A stretch of 64,000 nt of DNA from an uncultured Clostridia bacterium (GTDB taxonomy: Bacteria > Bacillota > Clostridia > Christensenellales > UBA1242): assembly GCA_947630405.1 (NCBI GenBank), contig CANRHL010000001.1:20822-84821 (forward strand). The letters run 5' to 3'. A program made the translations under genes and the position numbers. Under the pieces are notes generated by a model that saw nothing but the letters and a program-made list of their open reading frames with translations, was not told the DNA's origin and searched no databases. Of the stretch, positions 5,398 to 15,531 are shown in pieces. Within the stretch, counting starts at the first letter, position 1. Each line of letters starts with the position of its first letter.

Positions 5398-6584
5398 GTG
5401 TTCCTAATGTAAACTTTTTCATTGGATATGTGGATAGTTTAAAAGGGAAAAGCAGCGCAGATGAATATGTAAAGAATAATTTTGAAGCAAGACGATTTTA
5501 CAGCTCTGGTAAAGATTATGATTATGTTAAGTATGTAGCCACAGGTAGCAAAGAAAAACTTGATTATATTGCCTATTCTGGGAACAATGAGAAAAGCCAC
5601 GGAATATTTAACCCTAATGGGTTAATGTCGGCACAAGATATAAAAGAATTACGCAATAAATTAAGGAAAACTGCTAGTCCTATATGGCACGGTGTTATTT
5701 CGTTTACGGAAGATTTTGGAAATCAATTTTGCGACAATTATGAGAAAGCTTATGAGCTTATGAGAACTGAATTCCCTAAATTTTTTAAGGCGGCAGGACT
5801 AAACCCAGACAATATTGAGTGGTTTGCAGGTTTACACGAGAACACGGACAACAAGCATATACATTTTTCTTTCTTTGAAAAGACCCCTTTAAGAAAGAAA
5901 CAAAATAGTAAAAAATTATGCTATTCAAATGGATTTATAGTGCAAAAAGCAATAAATGATTTTAAAGTTAAGGTAGAATTGCGCCTTAAAAACTACACAA
6001 ACGATATTTCAATAGCAAGAAAAAGTATAACACGGACAACTGAAAAATTATTAAACACAGGAGATTATATGGAGAAATTAAAATCTCTAATCATTATTCT
6101 ACCCCGCAAAGGTAGAATGAGTTATGATAGCAAAAATATGCAAGAATATAGACCATATATAGATAGTATTATAAACACTATAATTAAAGCAAATAAGAAC
6201 TTAAAATACAAGTTTGACAATTTCTATGACCTATTGGGCAAAAGGGACAATCAAATTATTCAGGCATACACAAAATTAAAAATAGATTACACGGACAAAC
6301 TTATGCGAGATAAATGTATTAAAGACATTTATAGGCGTTTGGGCAACCTAGTTTTGTTTATGGCAAAAGAAATTCGAGCCGAGCAAGCAAAACTTGATAC
6401 CAACACAAGAAACCGCCTTTTACAAAAACGCATAGACAAGTTAAAGAGAAAAGCACTAATTAAAAAATGTATGCAATTAAATGACCTTGTTGACCAAGAA
6501 ATTATGAACGCATTTAAGGAATATTTGGACAAACTTGATGAAGCCAACTATAACCGATTAAAGGAAGAAGGGTTAATAGATTGA
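5394..6584 (+). CDS. conjugative relaxase (MobL/MOB-P-like, histidine triad)
   Basis: WHGVISF and LHENTDNKHIHFSF (HxxxxxxHxH metal motif); Tyr-rich N-terminus DYDYVKYV / LDYIAY. Confidence 0.7.
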   Translation: MSVPNVNFFIGYVDSLKGKSSADEYVKNNFEARRFYSSGKDYDYVKYVATGSKEKLDYIAYSGNNEKSHGIFNPNGLMSAQDIKELRNKLRKTASPIWHGVISFTEDFGNQFCDNYEKAYELMRTEFPKFFKAAGLNPDNIEWFAGLHENTDNKHIHFSFFEKTPLRKKQNSKKLCYSNGFIVQKAINDFKVKVELRLKNYTNDISIARKSITRTTEKLLNTGDYMEKLKSLIIILPRKGRMSYDSKNMQEYRPYIDSIINTIIKANKNLKYKFDNFYDLLGKRDNQIIQAYTKLKIDYTDKLMRDKCIKDIYRRLGNLVLFMAKEIRAEQAKLDTNTRNRLLQKRIDKLKRKALIKKCMQLNDLVDQEIMNAFKEYLDKLDEANYNRLKEEGLID

Positions 6585-8746
6585 AATTAGGTAAAAGGAT
6601 TATCTTAATTCTTATAACCTTATTTGCTTGTTATATATGTGGTTATTTATTAAATTTATTTGTTTCTAACAATTTTGTTTTTGAATTTAAAATATCTGTG
6701 GACTTAATGTTGGCAGGCAAAACCCTACTCTACACCTTTGAATTGTTTGCGGTATTTGCGGTTATTTACTTATTCATTTGGTTTAAAGGAATTGGCAAAA
6801 ACCCTAAAAAGATTTTGCAAGCAAATGAAAAGGATAAAGACATTTTCACAGGATTAGAACAAGCACATTTTCAAACAGATAAAGAAATTCAAAACAATTT
6901 TAGAACGATAGATTACGAAAATCTACCCAACGCAAAAATTGAAGGTATTGCAATTAAGACGGAAGAAACCAACAAAGGATACAAAGTTACATTTGCTAAC
7001 CCTGCCCACACTTTGATAATAGGAACAACGGGCTCTGGTAAAACAACCACCTTTATAAACCCAACCATACAAATATTGGCAAATACCTTTAATCAACCTT
7101 CTATGATTATTTCAGACCCAAAAGGGGAATTGTATGCGCTACACTCTAAAAGTTTGATAAAACGCGGATACGATGTAAGAATATTGGATTTAAGAAACCC
7201 TTATTGCTCATTAAGGTGGAATCCGTTAGAACACCCTTATGACCTATACCAAGAAATGCTAACTTTAAATGATAAAGTTATTTTGAACGAAGAAGAAGGT
7301 TATTTCATATTTGAAGGCAAGATTTATTACAGCGAAGAAGAAAAGAACGCTGCGGTGCAGGTGCGACAACAAGAAATCTTTGATGAAGTGTACGAAGATT
7401 TAAACGATATTTGTTCGGTGCTTTGCCCTATTAAAAATAAATCCGAGCCAATATGGGAAAGTGGTAGTAAAAACTTTATTTTGGCAATAGCACTTGCTAT
7501 GTTGGAAGATAGCGAAAACCCTAGTTTGGGTATGACAAGAGAAAAATTCAATTTCTACAACATAATGAAAATTGCCACTAACACGCAAAACGATTGTGAA
7601 GATTTAATGGCGTACTTTAAAAATAGAAGCCCAATTTCTAAAAGTGTTAGTTTGTCTAAACAAGTTTTAGACGCTAGTGATAAAACGCGCGGCTCATATC
7701 TATCTACAATCTTTGATAAATTGTCAATGTTTAGTGATATGAGTATTTGTTCGCTAACAAGTGCAAACGAAATAGATTTTAGCGAATTGCCAAATAAACC
7801 AACTGCCCTATTTTTGCAAATACCAGATGAAAAAGAAACACGCCATACACTTGCTGCTATGGTTATATTGCAAGCATATAAGGCACTTGTAGCAAAGGCA
7901 AACACCTATGCCGATTTAACTTTGCCGCGTAGTGTTTACTTTTTGTTAGACGAATTTGGTAACCTACCTAAAATTCACAAACTAGAACAAATGATTACGG
8001 TTGGCAGAAGCAGAAAAATATGGTTGGCGTTAGTTGTTCAATCTTATGCACAACTTGCAAAAGTTTATGATGACAAAACTGCCGACATTATAAAATCCAA
8101 CTGCAATATTCAAGTATTTATTGGTACAACTGACCTTAAAACAATAGAAGAATTTTCTAAAAAGTGTGGAAATTACTCTATTATGCAACGAAATGTAAGC
8201 TTTTCTTCTTCTAACGATAATGTTGGAAGTTCGGTAAGCATTAAGGAAAGACCACTAATCTACCCAACCGAATTGCAACAACTAAATAGCCCAGACAATA
8301 TGGGCAATGCAATAGTTAATGTATTTGGTTATCCACCAATTAAAAGCAAATATACACCAAGTTTTAAATGCAAACACTTCAACTTGGAAAAGACCAATCA
8401 ATTACTTTCGGAGGGCAAATATTTTAACGAAAAGAAAGTTTTATACAATATGCTAGACCGAAATGAGATTATCCTTTCAAATAAAGCAGGTGTGCCAATG
8501 CCAGATTTAGCACCATTTATTGAAAGTTTAATAATTCAAATTGAAAAACTAGATTTTGAAAGTTTAGGTTGCTTTGAATTAAAAATGGAAATGCTTAATG
8601 CGGTGGAAAAGAAAGATTTTAATAGATTAAGTAATATAGCAATTAAACTAGAAACCATTGCAAAAAACAGAAATAGCGAGGACTTTGCATTTGTTAAAAA
8701 CTTATGCGTAAAAGTTCAGCAGCTAAAAAGGTTGGCACGACAATGA
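6581..8746 (+). CDS. type IV coupling protein (VirD4/TraG family)
   Basis: N-terminal TM helices; Walker A GTTGSGKTT; Walker B YFLLDEFGNL; VVQSYAQL. Confidence 0.9.
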   Translation: MKLGKRIILILITLFACYICGYLLNLFVSNNFVFEFKISVDLMLAGKTLLYTFELFAVFAVIYLFIWFKGIGKNPKKILQANEKDKDIFTGLEQAHFQTDKEIQNNFRTIDYENLPNAKIEGIAIKTEETNKGYKVTFANPAHTLIIGTTGSGKTTTFINPTIQILANTFNQPSMIISDPKGELYALHSKSLIKRGYDVRILDLRNPYCSLRWNPLEHPYDLYQEMLTLNDKVILNEEEGYFIFEGKIYYSEEEKNAAVQVRQQEIFDEVYEDLNDICSVLCPIKNKSEPIWESGSKNFILAIALAMLEDSENPSLGMTREKFNFYNIMKIATNTQNDCEDLMAYFKNRSPISKSVSLSKQVLDASDKTRGSYLSTIFDKLSMFSDMSICSLTSANEIDFSELPNKPTALFLQIPDEKETRHTLAAMVILQAYKALVAKANTYADLTLPRSVYFLLDEFGNLPKIHKLEQMITVGRSRKIWLALVVQSYAQLAKVYDDKTADIIKSNCNIQVFIGTTDLKTIEEFSKKCGNYSIMQRNVSFSSSNDNVGSSVSIKERPLIYPTELQQLNSPDNMGNAIVNVFGYPPIKSKYTPSFKCKHFNLEKTNQLLSEGKYFNEKKVLYNMLDRNEIILSNKAGVPMPDLAPFIESLIIQIEKLDFESLGCFELKMEMLNAVEKKDFNRLSNIAIKLETIAKNRNSEDFAFVKNLCVKVQQLKRLARQ

Positions 8747-11700
8747 AAAAAACAAAATCTAAAAATATTTTAACAATTTTAATATTTTCTGTTTGCTTAT
8801 TCATTTCAATAGCACTTGCTTGTAGTGGATTGGTTAGCAGTGGCGGAAAATCTAATATGGGAGTTATAAGCCCATTTGTCGATGGCACTGTAATTATCCC
8901 AGATAATTCACTTGTGCATTGGGAATCCCCAGATTATAGCAATGCGAATTTAGAGCCAGACACCCCATATTCAAATGGTGTTTTAAGGCGGTATTTGTTT
9001 CTAGGAATTTACAATCAAGTAAGAAATGAAACCGTAAGCGGATTTCACTTCCCGCAATTTGTAAGATATTTCGAAGTGGCAAGAGTTGATGGTAGATACA
9101 TTTACGATGATGATGGTATTTTAGACACCAATTCTAGTGAAGAAGTTGTAAACTACCCTTCAATGCTTTATTCAACTGAAAGCACTTTGCCCGTTAAGAA
9201 AGACGCAGGCCCATTTTGGACAGACCATCAACCAAGTTTTAAAAACGGAGATTTGGAAGTAAACTTTTACTCCAACTCGACATCTTCGACATTCTATTAT
9301 GGCGTGCCGCGCGACCCTTCAAACAATTTTCACTCAATTTGCTACATAATAGATAAAGATTGTAAACCTTATATATCCAATCCAACAAAATTCAATGTAT
9401 ATCTAAACGCCACAGGGCAATACACCAACACTTTTTGGGGGAACACAAGTGGCAGTTATGGTATGAATTTTAATATGACCTATGACATTTCTATGGCAGC
9501 AAGAGATTGGAACAACTCGTTAAAGGCAAGTACGCCAAGCGGAACATATAAAGGCAAAACAATCTATTACTCACCGAAAGAATTTACTGCTATTGCAACA
9601 AACTTGAACAATTTATTGAAAATTAACGATGTTCAAATTGACCCGCTTTATGGAACTACTGTTGTGCCATTTAAAGATGGACACCACATAACCATAACCG
9701 ATGTTGGCATTACAAAGGTTGATTTGGAAAATGGCAGCGAGAACAACTACACTACCTATTATTGTATGATAGACAATAAATTGCCAGATGTTTCTTACAA
9801 CTATTCAAACACAAATGCCCTAGATTTAAGGAAAATAAGTTCAATCACAACTGAAAGCAGTGGTGCTAAAACACAAACAATCTATGAAGGCATTTTTAAA
9901 GACCAAGTACAAGTAAATTTTGGTGCGAACGAAGATGAAAGCCCAGAAACCGCCACCTACACTTTAAATGGCGAAACACACAACTTAACAAGCGGCACTT
10001 GGTTAAAACAGGAAGGCAGTTATGTTGTTACAATTAAAGATAGCGCAGGCAACACAACCATAAGCAAGTTTGATATAGATTGCACTAACCCATTTGCAAA
10101 CCTAAACCGAGTTAAAAATGATAATAACTATAAGGTTGCTAAATGGTATTTAACAACTATACCTAACGGATATAGCGGATATGGCACTTATTCGTTTTTA
10201 GAACGAGCAGACGCTTTAAATTACGCTTGCGAAATTGAAAAGCAAAATTTAGTTACAGAATATAATTTGGAACGAGTGGAAGATTTCGCCAACACGCACT
10301 TACTTGCAAAAGGAAATAGTGTTAAAGTTGGCAAGTATTGGTATTATAAATCAATAGACAATGACCAATTTTATGTTTATTACTTTGATGAGAACTCACT
10401 TAACCAAGCAATTCAACATTATGCTGAAAAGTTTGTTTCGGTGGAACATAAATATAATATCAATTCTTCATTAACACCAAATAACTATGGCAATATACTA
10501 GATAAAAGTATATATGACAATGTTGTTTCAAAAAATGGCATAAATGCTTATATGGGCAATAACTTTGTGTTTAGAACGGATAGCAATATGGAAAGTTATA
10601 AAATATATTGCGACTATGCCGAAGATAGCACCGAAGATTATAAGGAACTACAATACAACAAAGTTTTTTCAACCCAAGTTAATGGGTATGGACTTTACAA
10701 AATAAAGGAAATAGATTTTGTTGGACACGAAAGTTATTACTATCTATTTTTAGATAATCAGGCACCAATGCTAGACATTGAAGCAAAAATTTATGGCAAA
10801 GATAAGCTTATAAACCAATCTATATCCGTAAATGATATACCTAACAATGGCGAGCTTATCTATTATTATGAGAGTTTTAAAATAGCACAAGTTATAGAAG
10901 ATGATAAATGGTGGATTATGGAGATTAAAACACCAAAAGACACCGTTTTAAGATACACCTATTTAGATGAGTTGCCAAACTTTGGCAATCTCGGTGCAGG
11001 CGAATATTCAATTACAATAGCGGATAGAAATTCAAACAAATTTAATTTCAAAATATCCCTATTAGGAAAAGCACCAGAGGCAGTATTTCAAAACATAAAT
11101 GCCAACACTCAATTAAGGATAGATATTAAATGCAGCGAAGATTACAATTCTATAACCGAAATTAAGATTTATAGAAATGGAATTTGCTTAAATGCTGAAA
11201 ATGGATATGATGAATACCCTAATTTAGAAAATGATTTAATATTTATCAACCCATCTATCAAAACCTACACTTTTAACAAAGGCGGCACATACAAAGTTGA
11301 ATTGACCGACATATTTGGAAGAAGCATAACTTATGAATATAAGTTTGAAAAGGATTTGCCTGTTGGGGATTTAATTGGTGTTAAGCACAATGGCAAAACG
11401 AATAGCGAAGTTAGATTTACTTATAACTCATCAAAATATTATGTTGTTATAGAAAAGAATAGCGGTGTTTATACACCAGAAGAAAGCGAAAGTAACTTTA
11501 TCAAAACACTTATCTTTACGCCGAACGAAAATTTACAAGATTTTTATTCAATTAAGCTTATAGATAACACCGACCCAGAGAACTACAATATTTACAACTT
11601 TACAATCAAAACCATTAAACCTATCATCAATCTATTTGGAGTTGACCCTAATGGTACAACAGGCGGAAGTGTGTACGCACTATGGGATAGTGGCGAAGAA

Positions 11701-13119
11701 ATTTATTCTGCCACCTATTCACTAAATGGCAACACACAAGAATATAGAAAAGGACAAACTTTAACAATTGAAGGCAATTACACAATTACTTTAACTGATG
11801 AATTAGGAAATTCCACAACAATACAATTTGAAATAGACAAAAGCATTAACTTTGTTATTGCAGACCTTGATGGTAAAACTTATGAAATAGAAGATTTGGA
11901 CTATATCAATTTTGATATTAAAATAGTAAATAACGAGCCACTAAATGTAACCATTACAAAAAATGGCAATCCTTATGATTATGAATTTGGTTTAATGATT
12001 AGCGAAGAAGGATATTATGAAATTGTCCTTACTGACGAGTTTAACAACTCAATTTACTTTTACTTTACAATTGACAAAACACCACCATCCGCCACACTTT
12101 ATGGCGTAGAAGAATTTGGCAAAACGAATAAATCCGCTTGGGTTGTTTCAAATGACACCAATTTAACTTGTTGGTATGTTGTCAATGAAGCTTATAGAGA
12201 TAGTTATAAGCTTGGCGAAGAACTCACTAAAAGTGGTAAATATGTTGTCTATGTTGCAGATAGAGCAAACAATTTTGTTAGCTTTGAATTTCAAATAGAC
12301 AAAGAAATTGCGTTTGATATAAACACTTATCGAGGCGGAATTTCAAATGGCGGCGTGCGAATTATTGCTTATGAGAATTTAAAAATTTATATGGCAAAAG
12401 ATGAGCAAATGATAGATTATCAATTCGAACAAATTTTAAATGATGAGGGTGAATATTCATTTACAATAACAGACGAACTAGGAAATATGTATTCTAGTTA
12501 TTTCACAATAATAAACAAAGCAAAACAAAATTTACAACACTTGTTACAGGAAGACATTTCTATTAAATCAATTTCAAAAGACAATGAAACTTATGAGTAT
12601 GAACTTTTAGAAAATTCACTTTATCTTTATGATGAAGGCAAATACCTTATTTCAATTATAGACAACAAAACCAATAACGAATATTCATTTGAAATCACAC
12701 TTGATACTACCCCACCAACACTAGAAATTTTTGGTGTTGAAAATGGCGGCAAAACAAAAAATGTTGTTGTTTTGAAAAATGTATCGGAAACACCTTACGA
12801 ACTTATAATCTATGTTGATGGAGTTAGATTTGACTACAAACTTGGAGATAAAATTGAAAAATCTGGCAAGTTTGAAATTACACTAAAAGACGAAGCAGGC
12901 AACACAACCACTTACTCTTTTGAACGAGAATACTCATTCAATGCAGCAAGCATAGCAGTGTTTGTTGGACTTGGTGTTTTAGTTATTTTATTGATTATCT
13001 TGCTAATAAAATCTAGGCATCATTACTACAAAGAAAAGATTACGGAAGAAGAAATCAAAGAAACTTTGATTGATGATGATATAGACAGCAATGATAGCGA
13101 AAATACTGAAAATCAATAG
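8743..13119 (+). CDS. large surface protein / putative mating adhesin with Ig-like repeats
   Basis: ATG at 8743 overlaps the T4CP stop (ATGA). Signal peptide ...FISIALA|CSG. About eleven repeats of G-Y-(I/V)T(L/I)-D-GN-...F-(I/L)D by my count. C-terminal TM helix plus acidic tail, no LPxTG. Confidence 0.75.
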   Translation: MKKTKSKNILTILIFSVCLFISIALACSGLVSSGGKSNMGVISPFVDGTVIIPDNSLVHWESPDYSNANLEPDTPYSNGVLRRYLFLGIYNQVRNETVSGFHFPQFVRYFEVARVDGRYIYDDDGILDTNSSEEVVNYPSMLYSTESTLPVKKDAGPFWTDHQPSFKNGDLEVNFYSNSTSSTFYYGVPRDPSNNFHSICYIIDKDCKPYISNPTKFNVYLNATGQYTNTFWGNTSGSYGMNFNMTYDISMAARDWNNSLKASTPSGTYKGKTIYYSPKEFTAIATNLNNLLKINDVQIDPLYGTTVVPFKDGHHITITDVGITKVDLENGSENNYTTYYCMIDNKLPDVSYNYSNTNALDLRKISSITTESSGAKTQTIYEGIFKDQVQVNFGANEDESPETATYTLNGETHNLTSGTWLKQEGSYVVTIKDSAGNTTISKFDIDCTNPFANLNRVKNDNNYKVAKWYLTTIPNGYSGYGTYSFLERADALNYACEIEKQNLVTEYNLERVEDFANTHLLAKGNSVKVGKYWYYKSIDNDQFYVYYFDENSLNQAIQHYAEKFVSVEHKYNINSSLTPNNYGNILDKSIYDNVVSKNGINAYMGNNFVFRTDSNMESYKIYCDYAEDSTEDYKELQYNKVFSTQVNGYGLYKIKEIDFVGHESYYYLFLDNQAPMLDIEAKIYGKDKLINQSISVNDIPNNGELIYYYESFKIAQVIEDDKWWIMEIKTPKDTVLRYTYLDELPNFGNLGAGEYSITIADRNSNKFNFKISLLGKAPEAVFQNINANTQLRIDIKCSEDYNSITEIKIYRNGICLNAENGYDEYPNLENDLIFINPSIKTYTFNKGGTYKVELTDIFGRSITYEYKFEKDLPVGDLIGVKHNGKTNSEVRFTYNSSKYYVVIEKNSGVYTPEESESNFIKTLIFTPNENLQDFYSIKLIDNTDPENYNIYNFTIKTIKPIINLFGVDPNGTTGGSVYALWDSGEEIYSATYSLNGNTQEYRKGQTLTIEGNYTITLTDELGNSTTIQFEIDKSINFVIADLDGKTYEIEDLDYINFDIKIVNNEPLNVTITKNGNPYDYEFGLMISEEGYYEIVLTDEFNNSIYFYFTIDKTPPSATLYGVEEFGKTNKSAWVVSNDTNLTCWYVVNEAYRDSYKLGEELTKSGKYVVYVADRANNFVSFEFQIDKEIAFDINTYRGGISNGGVRIIAYENLKIYMAKDEQMIDYQFEQILNDEGEYSFTITDELGNMYSSYFTIINKAKQNLQHLLQEDISIKSISKDNETYEYELLENSLYLYDEGKYLISIIDNKTNNEYSFEITLDTTPPTLEIFGVENGGKTKNVVVLKNVSETPYELIIYVDGVRFDYKLGDKIEKSGKFEITLKDEAGNTTTYSFEREYSFNAASIAVFVGLGVLVILLIILLIKSRHHYYKEKITEEEIKETLIDDDIDSNDSENTENQ

Positions 13120-13158
13120 GAATTCTATTGATATTTTTAGTAAGCAGGATAAGAGTTA

Positions 13159-13297
13159 GACACAAAATCAAAATTTGTGCCCTCAAAACGCCCTATTTTA
13201 TAGGGGTTTTGCGGTGCGCCACCACCCTATGGGCAGTGGCTCAATTTTGTGTCAGCACTCTCAACCTTAAAGCAAGTGGGAAACCCACTTCTTTTTT
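13159..13297 (+). other. GC-rich structured intergenic element (three-way junction plus terminator); ncRNA, attenuator or oriT/ssi candidate
   Basis: P1 gacacaaaat (13159-13168) pairs with attttgtgtc (13244-13253). P2 is 13184-13211. P3 is gccac (13218-13222) with gtggc (13236-13240). Terminator aagtggg-aaa-cccactt plus T-run at 13274-13297. Confidence 0.5.
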
Positions 13298-13327
13298 CTT
13301 ACAAATAAATTAAATTATGGAGGATTT

Positions 13328-13618
13328 ATGAACACATTTTTAGCAATTGATTTTAACCCAATTTTAGCACCTGTATTAGAAGTGCTTAACGCAATACTTT
13401 GGCCAGCAATTGGTTTGGTTGGCTCTATTGGAACTATTTATTGTATTATTCTAGGCGTGAAGTTGGCAAAGAGTGATGAAGCGGGCTCACGAGAAAAAGC
13501 AAAGAAAGATTTGATTGGTGCAATTATTGGCTTTGTGGTTATCTTTGTTTTAATCGTAGGTTTGAAGATTGCTATGCCAATTTTACAAGATTGGGTTAGT
13601 ACACAAATTGTTGCGTAG
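13328..13618 (+). CDS. small two-TM membrane protein, VirB2/TrbC-like by size, topology and position
   Basis: 96 aa with two hydrophobic helices flanking a KSDEAGSREKAKKD loop; first gene of the T4SS membrane block. Confidence 0.5.
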   Translation: MNTFLAIDFNPILAPVLEVLNAILWPAIGLVGSIGTIYCIILGVKLAKSDEAGSREKAKKDLIGAIIGFVVIFVLIVGLKIAMPILQDWVSTQIVA

Positions 13619-13627
13619 GTAAAATTT

Positions 13628-14146
13628 ATGAATAAAAAAGTTTTAATTATAGGCGGTGTTATAATCGCAGTTTTGGTGGTTGTTCTAATTGTTATCTTTG
13701 GCGGCGCAAGTACAACAAGCAATATGGTAACCGAAGAAGAATTGGAACATACCATTTCTAGCATAACTTGTGAAATTGATAACGAACAAGACATTGAATA
13801 TAAAACTTCAATTTTTGTAAATGATATTCAATTTGACAACGAAATACAAAATAAAGTTTATAAAAAAATTAAATTAAATCATTCAAAAGAAATAAATTCA
13901 TTGGGCGTGGCATTTATTGTTAAACCCGAACAAGATACAACCTTTACTATTGAACTTGTAAAAAATGAACAAGTGCTAACAACAAAAACTTTGACCTTAA
14001 AAAGTGGGCAAGTTGGAAATGTTGGTTTGGTATTAAAGGAAGCGGTTAACATTTTGCCAACTGATGAATATGCAATTAAATTTAGTCAAAGTGAAAATAC
14101 AAGTTTTGTCTTTGACACCACACTATTCTTTTTTGACGAGGTATAA
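13628..14146 (+). CDS. membrane-anchored T4SS-associated protein (function unknown)
   Basis: N-terminal TM helix (VLIIGGVIIAVLVVVLIVIF) followed by a soluble domain. Confidence 0.45.
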   Translation: MNKKVLIIGGVIIAVLVVVLIVIFGGASTTSNMVTEEELEHTISSITCEIDNEQDIEYKTSIFVNDIQFDNEIQNKVYKKIKLNHSKEINSLGVAFIVKPEQDTTFTIELVKNEQVLTTKTLTLKSGQVGNVGLVLKEAVNILPTDEYAIKFSQSENTSFVFDTTLFFFDEV

Positions 14147-14148
14147 AA

Positions 14149-15531
14149 ATGAATTGGCTAACAGATTGGATTTTTGAACTTTTGTATGGTTTTCAAAAGA
14201 CAATTTGTTATATCATTGATTTCATTAGAGAAATCTTTTACACTCTTGCAGGAATTAAGACAGTTAATATTGAAGGGGAACAAACTGATTTACTTTCACA
14301 CTTTGTTCTGTCCGACACGGTTAAAACAACTTTCTTTTACATTTTCTTAATAGCTATTGTTTTGCTAGTTGTATTTGTTTTGGTGGCAATTATACGAAGC
14401 GAATATGCAAATGGCGAGAATAAAAAATCCAAGACATTGATTTTGGGTAAGGCATTTCAAAGTTTTTTGATATTCTTGCTTGTGCCTTTTATTTTAATTG
14501 CCGGCATAACACTTACAAATGTTATAATGTCCGCCATAAATGCTAGTATGAATCCTTACACTCTACAAGCAGGCGGACAAGCAACAATAGGTGGACAAAT
14601 ATTGGTTACTTGCGGACAATATGCCTTTATTGGAGATGCTGGCAGCAGGGCTGAAATTGAACGAATGTTCTTAACCGGCGAATTAAGTTATTTTGATATA
14701 AATGTTGTTAGTCAATACTATAACTTGCGAAGCTTGGACTTTTTAATTGGTATTGTTGGCTCGGTTGTGATAATGGTTATGTTTGTTATGAGTGCAATAA
14801 CATTTATACAAAGAATATTTGATATTGTGCTTTTGTATATCATATCCCCTATTAGCGTAAGTACAATTCCCGTAGATGATGGTAACAGATTTAGAATTTG
14901 GCGTGATATGACAATATCAAAAGTTTTGGGTGCTTATGGCATTATTTTGTCTATGAATTTATTTTTCATCATTATGCCACAAATACAAGCAATAACTTTC
15001 TTTGATAACGCGTTTAAAAATGGAATTGTGCAAATTTTGTTCTTAATTGGTGGTGCGTTTGCGGTTACAAAAGCAAACTTGGTTATTGCACAACTAACAG
15101 GCAATCAAGCAGGCAACAACGAAACACAACAACTTATTCGCAATATTCAAACGGGCGGCAACATTGTCAAATCCACTGTGGGTGCAGGGGTTATGGCAGG
15201 TGGCGCGCTATTAGGTGGCAAAAGGTTTGTGGACACTAAAAAGACCACTCGTTCGTTTGCAAGTGGGTTTAAAAACTCATTTACTACTCCACCTAGCAAA
15301 AGTTATCTAAACAAAGAACACCCAAGTAAGATAGCACAAATTGGTGGGCTTCCTACAAGAATAGCAACAATGCCAATAGGTATGATAAAAGATTTTGCAT
15401 CTGGCGGTATTGTTGGTGTTGGTAAGAACTTTATACCACGTGCTAGAAATGTATTAAGTGGAGATAGCATTATCAACCACGCACAAGGTAAACCAACTTC
15501 AAAGGAGCATATTGATGAGAATAATTCCTAA
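14149..15531 (+). CDS. polytopic membrane protein, VirB6/TrbL-like channel component
   Basis: Multiple TM helices and a Gly-rich C-terminal tail, immediately upstream of VirB4. Confidence 0.55.
   Translation: MNWLTDWIFELLYGFQKTICYIIDFIREIFYTLAGIKTVNIEGEQTDLLSHFVLSDTVKTTFFYIFLIAIVLLVVFVLVAIIRSEYANGENKKSKTLILGKAFQSFLIFLLVPFILIAGITLTNVIMSAINASMNPYTLQAGGQATIGGQILVTCGQYAFIGDAGSRAEIERMFLTGELSYFDINVVSQYYNLRSLDFLIGIVGSVVIMVMFVMSAITFIQRIFDIVLLYIISPISVSTIPVDDGNRFRIWRDMTISKVLGAYGIILSMNLFFIIMPQIQAITFFDNAFKNGIVQILFLIGGAFAVTKANLVIAQLTGNQAGNNETQQLIRNIQTGGNIVKSTVGAGVMAGGALLGGKRFVDTKKTTRSFASGFKNSFTTPPSKSYLNKEHPSKIAQIGGLPTRIATMPIGMIKDFASGGIVGVGKNFIPRARNVLSGDSIINHAQGKPTSKEHIDENNS

Noticed and set aside
13128-13313. 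A 61-aa ORF in the adhesin/VirB2-like intergenic region.
   Set aside because: It has no RBS, it starts at a non-ATG codon, and it is laid exactly over the GC-rich helices and terminator. It is better explained as a structured nucleic-acid element.
13438-13794. Antisense and internal ORFs across the ICE and chromosomal genes. Examples are 13438-13794, 21803-22171, 21955-22260, 25451-25858, 25789-26112, 34503-35027, 36075-36398, 46207-46509, 48834-49241, 52165-52488 and 62441-62809.
   Set aside because: All overlap longer ORFs that carry clear family motifs. They have low-complexity or hydrophobic translations and no RBS.
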